Of a stretch of 64,000 bases of DNA, positions 26,824-40,675 are shown piece by piece (the first letter of the stretch is position 1; every line of letters begins with the position of its first letter). The stretch is taken from NCBI RefSeq assembly GCF_009914755.1, contig NC_060936.1. The stretch is one strand, 5' to 3'. The notes beneath the pieces are model-generated. The model made no database searches, was not told the origin of the DNA, and saw nothing but the letters and a program-made list of their open reading frames with translations. The DNA is from the human T2T-CHM13v2.0 reference genome, Homo sapiens. The position numbers and the translations under genes are program-made.

Positions 26824-29154
26824 AAAAATAAAAGTCTGATGACGTCAGAGGTTTGATGGTGTTCAGTGTCAAGGTTTGCATGGGAATCAGAACCACACAG
26901 TCTGCTGCAACCTCTTTGGAGAGTAATAACCCACATGTCCATCAGCAGAGGATAAACAAATGCATTACATGCTGAAATAATATAGGATAAAAAAATCAGA
27001 GAAAGAGATGTATAAGTATCAACATGGTGAAACTAGAAAAACTTGTCTAATGAACAAAGCAATTATCAAAAGTAGACCTTGAGTATGAAGGCATTTATAT
27101 AAATTCTCAAAACACACAAAGCAAGATTACATATTGCTAATGGTAACATATGTATGCAGTAAACTTAAAAGTATAGAAGGATATATAGCCACCTCAGGAT
27201 AAGTAAGGGTTATCTCTGGGAATAAAGAAAGAGTTTAATGGGAAAGATTATCTTCAGATCCATTTCATTTAAAACAAAAGCTCTGAAGCAACTATGGCAA
27301 AGTATTTTTGTTAAAATCTAAGTGGTGGGTACAAAGAAGTTTGATATGTTACTTTCTGAGCTTTTTTTAAGGTTTGAAATATATTATAACTAAAATAAAG
27401 TTTAAAAACAACTACACAAAGTTTCTGGCTAATGCAAATACTGAATAAAGCTGCCCCAAATCTTTATGAGTTATAATACAAATAAACAACTATCCCCAGC
27501 TTTATTACAGGTTTTCAAAATCCTTCTAGATTATAGAAAAAGGATAACTTGCTACATTTTAAACTTGGTATGTGCATTTGAGAAGACAGATTTGGCAAGG
27601 GTTTTATTTACAAACAAGGAATATATCCTGGAACCACTAATTGTTAGTCATCTATAGTAAATATGCACATAGATTTTTAAGTGGTGACACCAAATGGGTA
27701 CTTGGTACCTGTTAGAAGTCATGTTTCCCACATTCTCAGCACCAATAATGACTGAAAGGGCCAGACAGCACTAGGCAGTTCTTGGTTTTAATCAAAACTC
27801 TACATGTTTTAACTGCCAGGAAACTCAGAGTTCACTGAATTATTGTTATTGCAGTGAATTTAACCTAGTTTGGGGTCTTATTTATTTATTCTTTCTATTA
27901 CTTAGCTTTTATTTGTGATTTCCCTTTAAACCAATTCCAAAAGCAATACAAAATGAAAATGAAACATTAAAAAATAATAGAAATGTAAAAAAAAACACTT
28001 GTTCTCTTTGATTTTGTGACTATTCATTGATGTGTATTAAAACTTTTTATGATTTCTATTTTCTCCTGTCTGAGGGTAATTTTCATGTTTTGAAGTCAAT
28101 GACTAAATTTCACTTCTGCACAAATGTAATTGGAATTCCTACTAGTTGGTTTATTCCAACAACAACCTCTTTTATGCCTTCTATTTAGCCTTCTGTGGAG
28201 GTTTACATCATTTACCATTCATTCGGTCATTCATTGATTCGATGAATATTAGTGAGTGCTTACTACATATATTCAAAGCACACATGAAGAAATTTGAAAA
28301 GTTACCAGAAACGTGGTCTCTTAAGGAAAGTAATGGTGTCATGTAAAGATGGCCCTTGAGAAATGGTAGACAGATTCAAAAGCATTGCATTCCTTTTGAT
28401 TCTTTCAGGGCAGCTCCTCATGTACGAGTTTAGGGGCATACAAGACAGCATTAGTAGCACTTTTGTTATCCGGTGGTCTCTCATTCCCTAATGCTCACTC
28501 GAAGCACCCTTCAGAAGCACATTTTCATCATGCTAAGAATTCACACAGAATTTTAAGAGTCATGACTCCATTATTCTAATTTCAGAATTTACCTACATTA
28601 TCACAAGGATAGGAAAAAAGGAACATGAAGAATCAGTATTTGAAATGATTTCTAATTGTTCTGAGGTAATCTTGTAGAGTCAGAAAATCTACAATGATAA
28701 GAACAAACCCTGTCTATTCTATTTCTAGCCTGACATTCCATGGAAGGCTTTGGCAATTCCAGAATTGCTCCAATTTCTGATAAGAGTCTGATGAGTTTTA
28801 GTCTGTGGTCTTATCTGCGTATCATATTACTCAAAACATCTCTTTATAAATAATGCCCAACTTAAATTTCATTAACAATAAATAGATGGGATCCACAGGG
28901 TTGTGTGCAAAAACCAGTGAAGCGTGTTTTCTAGCCTGTGGATGTGGGATAGGTAGGAGGCCTGGCCAGGATGAGGCCAGCACAAAGATGCAATCTTGGG
29001 ACTTGAAGGAAAGAGTTAAGCGTTATGAGGCATTTAGCTTAGGAAAATTAGGAATTCAGCTTAAGAATATGCCTTTGCTCCTTTCTATCTCAAATTTTAC
29101 CTCATTCATTTTGATAGGTGGTCAGATTATTCCCTGATTTAACTACTTCATTGT

Positions 29155-29762
<608 letters not shown>

Positions 29763-30294
29763 ACAGGAAGGAGACTTTTGAACTTGTAGAGTCCCAAGGC
29801 TATGAAATGACAGGTTTGCAACCATCTAACGTATTGTGATAGCCACATTTGAGGAATTCAGCTTGACCCATCTTTTTTTTTTTGGAAAAGATACTGGAAA
29901 ACTTGTGGAGATGGTGAAATTTGTTCAGTGCTTTTTATTTACTCTTTCTCCCTGACATTGGGCACCCTTGTTCTAGCCTCTCTTCCTGTTTCTATTGTCC
30001 CTAAACTAAAGTCATACTGAGATATGAGTGGTAGTGGGTTACTGCTTTCGGCGTCCTTCCATCTTTAAAGGACTTCACTGAAACAAACATGTTTAGCCCA
30101 AAGGGAAACAAATATTTAGTGGATTTCAGATCTAGCAACAAGGAAGAGAAGGAAGGTGTTTGGGGGCTGAGGCTTCCTCAGCATCTCTCAACCGATATTA
30201 AGTTAAATAACCCAAATATCTTGCATGCAAAATGCTCCCACATTCCGGGGTATGGAGTAGGAACTCAACTAATTTGAGTTCTTTTCTCCTAAAG

Positions 30295-30488
30295 TTTTGG
30301 TTTTCAACATTTGGCCATGTCTGGAGACATTTTGGGTTGTTACAATTAAGGGGGTGCTACTGGCATCTAGTGGGTAGAGGACCTTGATGTTGCTTACCAT
30401 CGTATAGTGCACATATTAACCTCCTGACCCCACCAACAAAGAATCATCCAGGCCAAAGTGTCAATGGTGCTGAATTTGAGAGAGTTTG
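30295..30488 (+). mobile_element. MER20 (hAT-Charlie)
   Basis: ACATTTGGCCATGTCTGGAGACATTTTGGGTTGTTACAA...GCTACTGGCATCTAGTGGGTAGAGG...CAAAGTGTCAATGGTGCTGA. Confidence 0.9.
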
Positions 30489-31155
30489 GTTTAAGGTAAG
30501 TAAAGTTTAATAATGGAAATTTGGAATATGCTAATTCCCTTCTAAGTGGAAATAATTTGCTTTTCCTAAATACTGTGGAATTCTTCCAATATATGTCTCA
30601 GATACATGGTTTTGTGAACAGTTACCTAGGATTCAGGGCATAGAAATACCATTTCCAACCAGGTTGCACATTTATTTCATCTCTTACATGTTTCTTTTTG
30701 GCAAATGGGGCCATGTACATGAATGCTACTATACACTCAACAGTTTAGATTTTTTTGTTAAATTATAGTTTTTCTTTAAATAGACAATTGGTTGATTGAT
30801 TTACTTTCATGGGGGCGTTTTCTATTGAAAATCAGAAAACCTACTAGAAAAATTCTAAAAACTAACAAACAACCTTTAATACCGTGACTAGTAATTGTTC
30901 TTTCCCTCCCAGTAGAAAAAAAAATACATATATATGCTTTCCATTATTGTTAAAGTGTTTCAATAAAGTGGGAGACATTCTGTTGACAGGTTTAAAATGT
31001 TCAAATACAACTTTGTGTTTTACGTTTTAAAGAAAGATCAGTTTAGACGGTGGGGATAGAAAGCCAGTGGGAGTTATGGCCATTTGTGGTGCACGGGAAG
31101 CGTGGCCTAAAGAGAAGGGCCCTGGGTTAGGACTCAGATGGTCTGTCTCTTAATC

Positions 31156-31336
31156 TGATGGTCCTCAAGATGTGGTCCCTGGAGCAGTAACGGCATCAAT
31201 ATTTTCCTGGGGATTTGTGAGAAATGCAAGTTCTCAGGCTCCACTCCAGACCTGCAGACTCACACACTCTGGGTTGGGGCCCAGCACACAAGCCCTCAAG
31301 GGGACTCTGATAAACACCAGAGTGTGGGAACTGCAG
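31156..31336 (+). mobile_element. MER5A (hAT-Charlie) inserted within a MIR (MIR ~31095-31155 and ~31340-31480)
   Basis: TCCTCAAGATGTGGTCCCTGGAGCAG...GAGAAATGCAAGTTCTCAGGCTCCACTCCAGACC; flanking MIR GGGCAAGTTAGTTACCTTCTCTGCCCCTCAG; strand tentative. Confidence 0.85.
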
Positions 31337-32289
31337 ACCTAAACTCTTTCACTTCTGCTTTTATCATGTGGGCAAGTTAGTTACCTTCTCTGCCCCTCAG
31401 CTTTGTATATTTGTCCCCTTGCATGAGAATGCAAGGAGACTTGGATATAAAGGTACTTTGTAAACTGAAAAGCATAATGCAGTATTATTAATCCATGACA
31501 AATCAGAATTAGAAACAATGCTGTTGAGGACAGAAGGCCTGGACCTCATTTTCAAATGTGTCCTTGACTTTTTCTGTTTATTACCCCAAAGCAGACATAT
31601 CCACCCAGGGACAGTGGCTCAGGCCATTTACCAATCAGATAGAGGATTCATGGAAATGACTCAGTGTTTACCAGGGCAAGCAAGAAAACTTGCAAGCCAT
31701 GCAAAAAAGGCACGCCCAAACAACTAATGAGTGTTAGCATCCTGGCATAATTGTGTCTCAATGTACTTGGTCTTTGCCGTGACCAATTGTACACTGAACT
31801 TCAGTCTCCCTGATAAAGTCTCAGAACTAAAAATACACTGTAAAAACGGCATTGAGTTCTGGCTGGTCACACATCATCTTGCAAAAAGGGAATAAAGTCT
31901 TTATGTTAATCTCTAAATATTTTCAAAATTAATCTCTCATACTATTATTTCCTTCTTCATTGCTAGGCTGCCATGCAATAAATGCTCTCAAATTGTGGAA
32001 CTGCAGTTGAAACCCTAAAGAGTCAGTGGGTTATTTTTTATTGCGACCATAAAATAACCTGGACATCTTTTTGTGTTCCAGTTGAAGTTTTAACATGATA
32101 TTATGAGAGCCTTTGCCTTTCTCCACACCCCAATTACAGCTTAGCAAAGCCACCATATACTGGAAGCTAAGAATTCTAAGCTATTTTATTTCCTCTGTCA
32201 CACTAAAGTCAAAAGAGCATCTTAGAAAATTGTGTAGACACTAAAGTAAAATCATTGTAAAGGTTATTTCTATTTAGGGCATATGGAGA

Positions 32290-32470
32290 AGGTAGTAATT
32301 TATTTATCCATGGCTAGTTTTGGCCTTAGTACTCATCCATAAAAGCAGAATCTCGTTACCCACTTCCCAGAGTTGTTTTGAGAATTTAATAAGATAGTAA
32401 GATATTTAGTACATGTAAAGGATTTAGTGCAGTAGTTGACACATAGTATGTGCTCATTTAAGAACATAGA
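32290..32470 (+). mobile_element. MIR fragment
   Basis: AGAGTTGTTTTGAGAATTTAATAAGATA...TGTAAAGGATTTAG...TGACACATAGTATGTGCTCA. Confidence 0.7.
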
Positions 32471-32780
32471 TATTTATCTCCAAAAGTTAGTTCAAAGACC
32501 CAGGCTTGCTTTTGTGAACAAAAAGGGACTTCTCCCAGTTCTACCCATAGCATTTGGATTTTCTTGGTAAGGGACTGGATTCACTTATCGAAATCATGAA
32601 AACAGTGATGGGTTTTATAAAACTGTAGCTTGATTTGGTCTAGATCATCTGCACAGTAGCACATGAGCATGAGTTCAGTCATGGGGTGCTTTGGACTTGG
32701 CGTTTGGGTTATCAAAGAACATTTGTGAAACAATGGATCGATATGTGAACATATTATTGCACCTCTGATAAGGAGAGTCA

Positions 32781-33338
<558 letters not shown>

Positions 33339-33349
33339 TTAATAAAAAA

Positions 33350-33660
33350 CAGTGAGTATTCATTGTGTACTCACCCTGTGCCAACAAAGTACTCTCACCA
33401 ATTTAGCTAGTGAACATTTGCTGCTGCATGGAGGCACTGTGCAACATGCTAGGGATTCAACAAGACATATGAAAATCTCAGTCTCTCGTCCTCACTGAGT
33501 CTCATTAGGTTCTTTATCTATTGTAGTCTTCACTGTAGGAAGGTATTTTTCTCCCCATTTCATATCTGAGAATGATGAGGTTCAGAAAGATAAAGTACCT
33601 TGCTTATGATCACACTGTGAGTGCATGTCAGAGACCAGATTCAAATCTAGGTTTGCCTAA
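33350..33660 (-). mobile_element. MIR with nested L2 3' fragment
   Basis: CCCCATTTCATATCTGAGAATGATGAGGTTCAGAAAG...CCAGATTCAAATCTAGG; L2-like GGCACTGTGCAACATGCTAGGGATTCA. Confidence 0.7.
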
Positions 33661-34114
33661 TCTTTTTTAAATTTAATTTTATCTTTTAATTGACATATGA
33701 TAATTGTACATATTTATGGGATACATAGGGAAACATTTGTTTCCATACATATATAGTAATCAGATCTGGGTAATTAGCATATCCATCATCTCAAATATTT
33801 ATCATTTCTTTGTGTTGGGAACTTCAGTATCCTCCTTCTAGCTATTTGAAACTACAAAATATATTATTGTTAACCACACTCATTCTACAGTGCTATAGAA
33901 CACTAGCATTTATTCCTCTTATCCAGCTGTAAGTTTGTTTTATCTTTTAACAAAATCTCCTTATCTCTCCTTCTTCCTACCCTTTCCAGCCTTTCCAGCT
34001 TCTAGTGTCCTCTGTTTTCCTTTCTAATTCCATGAGATCACTATTTTTTTAGATTCCACATGAGTGAGAATGTGCGGTTTTTAACATACTGTTTCTGGCT
34101 TATTTTGTTTAATA
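33661..34114 (-). mobile_element. L1MA (MA4-like) 3' end
   Basis: TTTTAATTGACA...TAATTGTACATATTTATGGG...GCATATCCATCATCTCAAA...AGATTCCACATGAGTGAGAATGTGCGG. Confidence 0.9.
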
Positions 34115-34344
34115 GACCCTATTATATTCACAATGGCATGCTGTCCCTAACTATATTTAGTGTTTAGCCCTTTTTGCCATGAGAATTCCAAACTCTACTC
34201 TTTCAGTGAAGCAGTCTCAGATCCAGTGTGACTCTTTGCACTTAATTTTGTTTAAACCTTGTCTCAGGATTTAAACGATGGCTGCCATCTATGCATGGGT
34301 TACTTATTGCATTCCAGGCCCCATGGATCTTTTGCTTACATTTC

Positions 34345-34500
34345 CTTGTTTAACCTTCACATCAATGCAGTGAGGGAAGTGTTTTTGCCTGTTGCTATCT
34401 GCATCTGCAGGTGAGGAAACTGAAACCCCAGAATTAAATAAGTGAAAATGTTTGAATTCAAACCTAGTTCTCTGATTTTGCACACTGGATTTGCTTTCCA
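34345..34500 (-). mobile_element. MIR SINE
   Basis: TGCAGGTGAGGAAACTGAAACCCAGA core. Confidence 0.75.
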
Positions 34501-34929
34501 TAGTGGTGGAGGGTAGAGGTGAAGATGAGTAATGTGATTCTGGATTATTATTTCCTTCCAGTATATTCAATGAAGGCAACCTGAGTATAGCTCTGATTTG
34601 TAAATAACAACATTGAAGTTTAAAATGCTTACTCCCCAGCTTATTAGCCTCATAGTCTTTGAAAACTTAGGTTCATTCTTCTCATCTACCAAAGAAAGCT
34701 AAGCATACTTTCCACTGTTACTGTAAGGATTAAATGAGATAATTTATGTAAAAATGCTTTATGAATTATAAATCAAAGAGGAAAGTGAAGCATTAGATAC
34801 TTAAGTGTCCTTAACTTTGTAAGAGGAGGGGTATGAATTTATAATCCTAATAAGTAAGCTAGTGTTTTCGTGGCCCCAGCTTCAAGGCAGCTCATGCCTG
34901 GAGGGAACTGTTAGCACTTTCCTTGCCAC

Positions 34930-35105
34930 TACAATGATCCTGTATGTGCCTGCCTTCCTCACTTGACAGCAAAAATCTGGAGAACAGGCACCATGACTTA
35001 TTGATGTCTTTCTATCTCCGGTGCCTGGTACACACACCAAAAGGAGACCTTTAATAAATATTTTGAAGAATGAATGAATGAAACAATGAATGGATGAATG
35101 AATTG
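34930..35105 (+). mobile_element. L2 3' end
   Basis: GTGCCTGGTACA...TAATAAATATTTTGAAGAATGAATGAATG tail. Confidence 0.75.
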
Positions 35106-35294
35106 AATTGTCTATTGGAAGGTGAGAGCGTGAGGGGAACATCAAGCCCTGGTAACTCATACTCAGCTTCTGCTACTAACTAATGGCATGAGCACCATTA
35201 GCCATCAGAGATGGTCCAAGATTCATATGGACCTTTCACATATGGAAGTATTATATCTCTTTAAGCACCTGAAACTATGAAAATACTAGCTTTT

Positions 35295-35610
<316 letters not shown>

Positions 35611-35884
35611 TTAGATTTATGAATTTATGGAAATTAAAGTTTTTAATACTTTACATTTCTGTGATTTAAATGCACACATTCTTAAAGATTTAGCCCTTGA
35701 TTTAGCCTATAAAATGGGCAGCCACATGCCCCAAGTTGCCCAAAAAGTCCAAGTTTTTAATCTCCTCTCCTACGGTAATTATTAGTTCTCCTTTCACTCT
35801 CAAAAATGTTTTGTCTTAGACAATTAAAGATAAATGGACACGGATATCACTTGCCAGATTTCTCTGCTCCCACTAGACACTGGA

Positions 35885-36155
35885 GGGAGCAGTATAGTTA
35901 AATGGTTAGGAGCGTATGGGCTTTGAGGTCTAACAGCCTGGATTTTAGTACTGTTCTCTTTATTTACTAGCTGTGTAATCTTGGATGCATTATTAACCTT
36001 TTTAAATGTTATTAATAATTACTGTTATTAAAAGGAGGTTAATAACAGTATCTACTTCAGCAGTCATTGTGATGATTAAATGAGATAACACATGAGAAGG
36101 AGGAGCAGAAGGCCTAGTGTGCAATAACCACTCAATAGCTGTTGATTATCAGCTA
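35885..36155 (+). mobile_element. MIR SINE, near full length
   Basis: GCAGTATAG...TGGTTAGGAGC...TTTACTAGCTGTGTAATCTTGG...GATTAAATGAGATAACACATG. Confidence 0.85.
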
Positions 36156-36864
36156 TCAATGTAGTTTTTCCCCTCATTTTTGTCCCATTGAGTTGGAGCA
36201 CATCCACTAATAAAGGTATTTGGCTGTATCTGGACCTATGCCTAGGGGAAGAGCTCAGGAAATAGGCTATGGTGGCAGACAAAAATGTGGTGGTAAGTGG
36301 CTTGTAAGCGATAAGGGCTCCTGATCTGGCAGATCAAGATAACTTTCCAGAGAATGGAATCATTGTGCCGCGTCTGTCTTCCTCCCAATCAGCTATATGC
36401 CCCATGAGGAGAAGGACTATATCTGACTTTTTAACCATTAAAAAATTAGATTCTGAGCACCTAGCCCAACACCTGGCATATATGAAACATTTAATAGATA
36501 TTAATTGGAAAGGTAAATAAATTGGGATAGAGTCTTCAATTCACATATATTTATGCACATATATGAAGCCACCATTTCTTGTCTTTTACCTCGAAGCCAA
36601 CCACTGCCCTTTATGATATAAAGACTTAGGCAGTCAGTTTTGCCATTTCAATCCAAGCTTGGCCTTTGGCCCTGCTGTTGGTTGAAGATCTTTGATATGG
36701 TGGTACAACTCTTGGTTTCTTCTGCTTCTGAGGAAATCTGCCATCTCACTGAATTATCAATTGAGGAGTCCACACAGCACTGGAGGCTGGGGAAAAGGGA
36801 TGGCAGGGAAGTAAAAAGACATGGAAGAGCTATTTCTTGTATTCCCAGGACATACATACTTAAC

Positions 36865-37260
36865 TTATGAATAATCTTTTATGGAGCACCTGCTATGTGG
36901 TGAGCACTGTATTCTGCATAGGAGACACAGATATGAATAAGACAAGGTCCCTGTTGAGAAGTTGAGTTCAAGGGACAGATAAGGAGTGTTTTGGGGCAAT
37001 GTGTTAAGTGCAATAATAGAAGCCCATATAAGACATAATAGAAGCATAGAGTGAGGACTGGGAGAGATAATTACTTCTGCATGTGAGCATTGTGGAAGGC
37101 CTTATGGAAGAGGAGACACTTGAATCAATCTAAAGAGCAGATTTGCAAAATGAATAAACAAAAAGGACATAGCCATAGGTAAAGAGATAATCATTTGCAG
37201 AGGGATGGGATGAACAGTGCTAACAGTGTGGGAAGTGATCAAGAGCATGCTAGAGGTAAG
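36865..37260 (-). mobile_element. L2 3' portion
   Basis: TTTATGGAGCACCTGCTATGTG...ATGAATAAGACAAGGTCCCTG...GGAAGGCCTTATGGAAGAGG. Confidence 0.8.
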
Positions 37261-37454
37261 AATGCTTGAATCATCAGAGGCAGAGGTGAGAAAGAGGAGG
37301 GAGATACCGGTGCCTTAATATGTCAATTGCTTGACTTAAGGAACATAAATCTATTTCTCCATGCTTCACTTTTCTTATCAATAAGATGGGGATATAAAAA
37401 TACCAACATCATGGGGTATTTGTGAGAATTAAATGAAATAAACATCAGTTATCT

Positions 37455-37620
37455 TATATTATGATTACTATGATTATTATTACTATAATATCTGTTATTA
37501 CTATAATAATGATTATTACTATAATTATTATTCTATTATAGTATATTATATATACCATATGATTTATACATTTTTAACATATAACATGTATTATATACTA
37601 TAATAAAATTATTATTATAC
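37455..37620. repeat. AT-rich low-complexity tract with repeated TTATTACTATAAT units, following a MIR (~37320-37445)
   Basis: Directly visible. Confidence 0.85.
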
Positions 37621-39162
37621 TCCTGGATTTGAAGATTTGAAGAGATAGTAGAATACTCACAGATTGACAGAGATAAGGATGATGGTTTCTAAGTATAAGT
37701 AATTTACATCAAAAACCTCAGCCAACACAAATGCTCTGGAATTAGTGGATTAAATACTTTGTGCTGTGGTCAAAATCCTAAATTTCTTGGCACACCCAAT
37801 CTGGCAAAATCATTTAAGTCAGTTAAAGTGATAGAAATGTAGACTTACTCAAATCCCACTTTCAAATAGTTCTCAAGATGCCTTATCTGTATAGAGTGGA
37901 AATTTAAAACCAGGGTAAATGTATATTAAAATAATGATAATGGACGATGTTGTTTTTTATCACATTCAGGCAGAGTTCAAAATCAATGGATCTTCAAAGA
38001 AGTAAAAATAATCTGTTATTGAACTGATTTATTAAAAATAAAAGCTTAATTCTCATTTCAAAAATGACTACAGATTGTGATTTACCAGAGAAGAGACAAG
38101 AGAAGAGCTGAGGCATTGACTTGTCCTGGTCAGCAGGCTGAATAGAAGCCTTTCCTTGGGGCTTTGGAGTGAGGCAGCAATGTCTTAGGAAAGACAGTAT
38201 GCAAAGGAAGGTTGTTTCAGTGGAGTTTCCATGAAATCCAGGAACACGGAGATGAATCAAATTGGAGTGTCCTTAGTCTGCATGATTTCTGTGCCATTTG
38301 GGCATGGAAGAATAGACAGCATGCAGAGAAGAGAGAGAGCTTCATTACCTGACTTAGTAGGCCAACACCGGTGGGCTGTGCCCAGTGACCACGCTATCAT
38401 CATCCCAAGTATCCTACAGGAGTGTGATCCTCCACTCATTCACTTTCAGGTATTTCTCATGTGTGAAGTCTGATTCACACGACCCTGATGTTCAACAATT
38501 GCTACTCCCAAGGGTTTGAAATTCTATTCAGACTAGATGAAAAGATTAGGCCCTGCTAGTTTTTGTGACTTTATCTATATCACTGTATTTTGTTACCTAA
38601 GTCATTTGTATTTCAACTCAGCAAGAAAGACTAATAACACAAGTACTTTAACATTTTTTTAGAGATTATTCAGGTTGAACAAGCAGTTTAGATGATAGGT
38701 TCTGATTTTTTCTTATGTGAAAAATTGCCTTATCCTTTACCTCATTTTGTTATGTATAGACATAGCCCTTGTCTCTGCTCAAGGTAGCCATGGCACTATT
38801 GTTTTTTTCTGCAAAATTCTGTGAAACAGCAGTGCAAAAAGTATTTAGATGGTAATAGACAGCAGAGTTGGGGCCAGGCTGGAGGAAGAACTGTGGCTGC
38901 AGTTTGAAATGCTTTGAACTCTCAAGGCAATGAGTCAGTAGGGTGCAAACAACTTTGATTTTCCATTTCCCCAACTCTTCTCTCTGCATGTTTCCATCTG
39001 TGACTACTTCCCCCACTTTATAAAGGAAAAGGCAGTGATACGTGGTAGGGTTCATGGCCAATGCATTTCAGAATTCATTAGGGAGGAGAGCTAACAATCC
39101 TGATGTGCAGAGCAATAGGCTTTCTGCATGGGCAATTTAGGGTAAGGTTTCAGCCATTATTG

Positions 39163-39842
39163 TATTCATTCATTCATTCATTCATTCATTTGACAAATAT
39201 TTATTAAGTATCTGCTATGTGTCAGGCACTATACAGCTTTTGGGAATTCAGGAGTAAACCAGACAGAAATGAAACAAGGAGGGATGATAGGGAGTGTTGG
39301 TATAGAGTTGCAATTTTGATAGGATTATCAGGAAAGACCCCACCGATAAAATAATATTTTTATAAAAATCTGAAGGAGGTAGGAGAGCAAGTCATACAGC
39401 TATCTTCAGAAAGAACATTTTGGGCAGGAGAAATGTGAGGGCTGAGGCTCTGACTTAGAAACCTTCCCAGTATGGTTAAAGAACAGCAAGGTCTACAGCA
39501 GGGGCAGTTGGGTATTAAGAGTGTCAGAGAGTTTATGACAGGAGAGTCTTGCAGATCAATATAGGGACTTTGTCTTTTTACTATGAATAAGTTAGGGAGT
39601 CCTTGGAGGATGTGGGCAAAGGAGGCACATGAGCTGCCTTGCATCCTAGCAGGATATCAGTCTGATGGCTGTGTTGAGGATATATGAAGAGGGCCAAGGG
39701 TAAAAGGCAGGGATACTAGTTAAGAAGCTGCTACAGAGGCAGGGGGAATAATTAAGAAGCTGCTACAAAGAAACAATGGTGGTTTGGATCAGGCTGTTGG
39801 TAGTGAAGTCATGAGAAGTGGCTAAATTCTGGATATATTTAA
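39163..39842 (-). mobile_element. L2a/b 3' portion with (ATTC)n tail
   Basis: (ATTC)n + AAATATTTATTAAGTATCTGCTATGTGTCAGGCACT...GAGAAGTGGCTAAATTCTGGATATATTT. Confidence 0.9.
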
Positions 39843-40362
39843 TTGGAAATGATGCTTACAAGAGCTTCTACAGAAACTGATCCAAGTCAGGGGAGATTAG
39901 TAGAGTAAAATTTTGGAATTTTCAGAGAATTTATCGTGGTCGGTGTGGGCTTAGCACCTGCCTTGCAATGCTAGTGACCCACACCAATCCTAGAGTGAAG
40001 AGGTTACCTAAGGAAAAATTCAGCCAGTTGGCAAATGTTTGCAGACAAGCCATTGCAGGTAGGGAGTGCTGAAGGCTTCAATGTCATTCAAATCCTCAGA
40101 CTGACTGGGTGAGAAGCAGGCTGGGGAGCTTTAGGAGATGGCAGGAACTCCGTTCCCAAGATAATTCTGGAGTGATCTCATGCATGGTTGTCCCCACTTT
40201 GGGTCAGAAAAGGCATCTGATTTGAAGAGAAATAGGCAAAAAAAACATGACCTGAGAAAGTAGACCCTTACTCCCTAATCAAAATGACTATTTGAGGAGC
40301 TTGGTGATAAAGAAAGCATAATCATAAAAGAAAGAAAGATAGCCTATGTTTAAGGCTTAGAC

Positions 40363-40675
40363 TTACGTTTCCCAATATGGTAGCCATTAGCCACCTGTGG
40401 CTATTGTGCACTTGAAAAATGGATTGAGATGTATTGAAATTGTAAACTACTTATGGATTTCAAAGTATAGTAACACTATAAAATATCACTTTAATAAATT
40501 TTATATTGATTACATACTGAGGTGATAATGTATTGCATATATATTAAATATATTAACATATATTATTAAAATTATTTTACCTATTTCTTTTTATTTAAAA
40601 GATTAACCATCAGAGATTTAAAATAATACACATGGCTCACATGTACTCACATTACATTTCTATTGGGTAGGACTG
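40363..40675 (+). mobile_element. MER33 (hAT-Charlie)
   Basis: CCAATATGGTAGCCATTAGCCACCTGTGGCTATTG...CACATTACATTTCTATTGGGTAGGACTG; strand tentative. Confidence 0.85.

Larger units (their letters stand above)
21530..27407 (+). mobile_element. Ancient L1ME-type LINE, long (5' region, ORF1, ORF2 remnants, 3' end), fully decayed
   Basis: A-rich coding-strand bias; ORF2 landmarks such as TAAATGCAAAAGTCACAAATAAAATA, TTCTATTCAACATTGTATGGAAGGTCTTAGC, AGACAAACAGACCAATGAAACAGA; L1ME3-like 3' end TCTGAAGCAACTATGGCAAA...GTGGTGGGTACA. Confidence 0.8.
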
